Part shown: in pieces, positions 63,342 through 64,000 of the stretch
Numbering within the stretch: the stretch's first letter is position 1
Layout of the letters: each line of letters begins with the position of its first letter
DNA from: Dehalococcoidia bacterium
Lineage (GTDB): Bacteria > Chloroflexota > Dehalococcoidia > Lucifugimonadales > UBA2985
DNA: 64,000 nt
NCBI GenBank assembly: GCA_034422115.1
Contig: DAOUJW010000015.1
Span: forward strand, 27,771-91,770
Direction of reading: 5' to 3'
Position numbers and translations under genes: made by a program
The notes under the pieces: model-generated
Database searches by the model: none
Seen by the model: only the letters and a program-made list of their open reading frames with translations
What the model was told of the DNA's origin: nothing

Positions 63342-63647
63342 ATGTCCGCCCATCATTTCGCATCCAGGTCAAGCCGGAACCAGGCCTCGCCCGGCGGCGA
63401 GCCCGGGGCAAAGACCTACGAGTTTGAAGTAAAGCTGGAAACGGACGAAGACGGCTGGCATGTCTTCTACCCACCCTGGTCCGGCATCGGCGCCTCCACC
63501 TGGGGCTACACCCGAAAAGAGGCGCTGGACAACATCCGGGAAGTCCTCTCCATGATAGTGGAGGAGCTCCTGGAAGAAGGCAAGCCCGTGAGCGTCGAGA
63601 AGGCCGCCGTGGCGGACGGAAGAGAATCGGTCCTTGTGACCGTGTGA
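63342..63647 (+). CDS. HicB-like (UPF0150) antitoxin-fold protein
   Basis: YEFEVKLETDEDGWHVFYPPWSGIGASTWGYTRKEALDNIREVLSMIVEEL; no DNA-binding tail; ATG 63342. Confidence 0.6.
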   Translation: MSAHHFASRSSRNQASPGGEPGAKTYEFEVKLETDEDGWHVFYPPWSGIGASTWGYTRKEALDNIREVLSMIVEELLEEGKPVSVEKAAVADGRESVLVTV

Positions 63648-63769
63648 ACGGCAACGGCCGCCTGAACAGCCCTCCACCCCCAAATTGCCCCTGCCCTGCT
63701 CTTGTGCTAAATTGAGAGCAGCCATGAAACTGGATGCCCACAGAATCTACAGAGAAGAGGAAAGTCCGG

Positions 63770-64000
63770 ATGATGTCCGAAACCAGGCCGTACACAGAAC
63801 AATCAGGTATCTTCTTCAGGCAAGCGCAAGAAGAGTTAGCCAATAATGATCTGCGCCAGGCCTCGGAGAAGGGCTGGGGCGCGGCGTCGCAGATGATCAA
63901 GGCTGTAGCGCAGCAAAGAAATTGGCGCCACGATGAGCATCGGTATCTGACGGCAGTTGTATCGGAGTTAGCAACTGAGAGCAAAGACGAGGAGCTTGTC
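63770..64000 (+). CDS. PaREP1-like helical protein, 3' end beyond the window
   Basis: My translation: MMSETRPYTEQSGIFFRQAQEELANNDLRQASEKGWGAASQMIKAVAQQRNWRHDEHRYLTAVVSELATESKDEELV. The frame is open to the window edge and absent from the track. Confidence 0.45.
   Translation, partial: MMSETRPYTEQSGIFFRQAQEELANNDLRQASEKGWGAASQMIKAVAQQRNWRHDEHRYLTAVVSELATESKDEELV

Overview
A 64-kb, gene-dense, high-GC chromosomal segment. My spot counts on single 60-nt lines give about 65-67% G+C in core genes and 40-50% in a few small accessory patches; I did not compute G+C across the window.

Likely organism (inference only): a monoderm, Chloroflexota-like organism (SAR202/Dehalococcoidia-like). The gene content behind this is alternative complex III, an archaeal-type iPGM between pgk and tpiA, dapF-dapL, nrdR plus a class II RNR, a tungsten-type AOR, a family III CoA-transferase, an RCC1-repeat lipoprotein and a Ser/Thr kinase-PQQ propeller. 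I saw no outer-membrane markers.

About 55 CDS are supported, mostly housekeeping:
- respiration: actA-B1-B2-C/F-C/F-D-E
- informational and cofactor genes: rplS, priA, def, cca, nrdR-nrdJ, pdxA, proC, yggT, miaA, hflX, holA, ychF, hemW
- central metabolism: guaA, tsaC, rpiB, a polyprenyl synthase, pgk-apgM-tpiA, dapF-dapL

I recognised no rRNA, tRNA or CRISPR array.

Intergenic space is saturated with at least five families of short palindromic or TIR repeats. These include nested insertions and a 124-bp TIR element present twice.

Accessory spots worth attention:
- a 1.8-kb low-GC islet (49.9-51.8 kb) bounded by 46-bp direct repeats. It sits in the 3' end of a protein gene and carries a translationally coupled DUF3467 / acidic protein / RelE-like module
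- a 61.0-64.0 kb cluster: HEPN(AbiU2)-like ORF, a membrane-anchored coiled-coil protein with an S26B (SipW/Sec11-type) peptidase domain, a HicB-like ORF and a truncated PaREP1-like ORF
- a DUF559 endonuclease cassette with inverted GC-hairpin ends
- higBA
- a low-GC pair of paralogous small wHTH-like ORFs after tpiA
- an operator/iteron-like motif array at 53.57-53.75 kb

Many long ORFs in the supplied track are antisense or alternative-frame shadows of real genes, or translations of repeats. All family assignments are from motif recall, not database searches.
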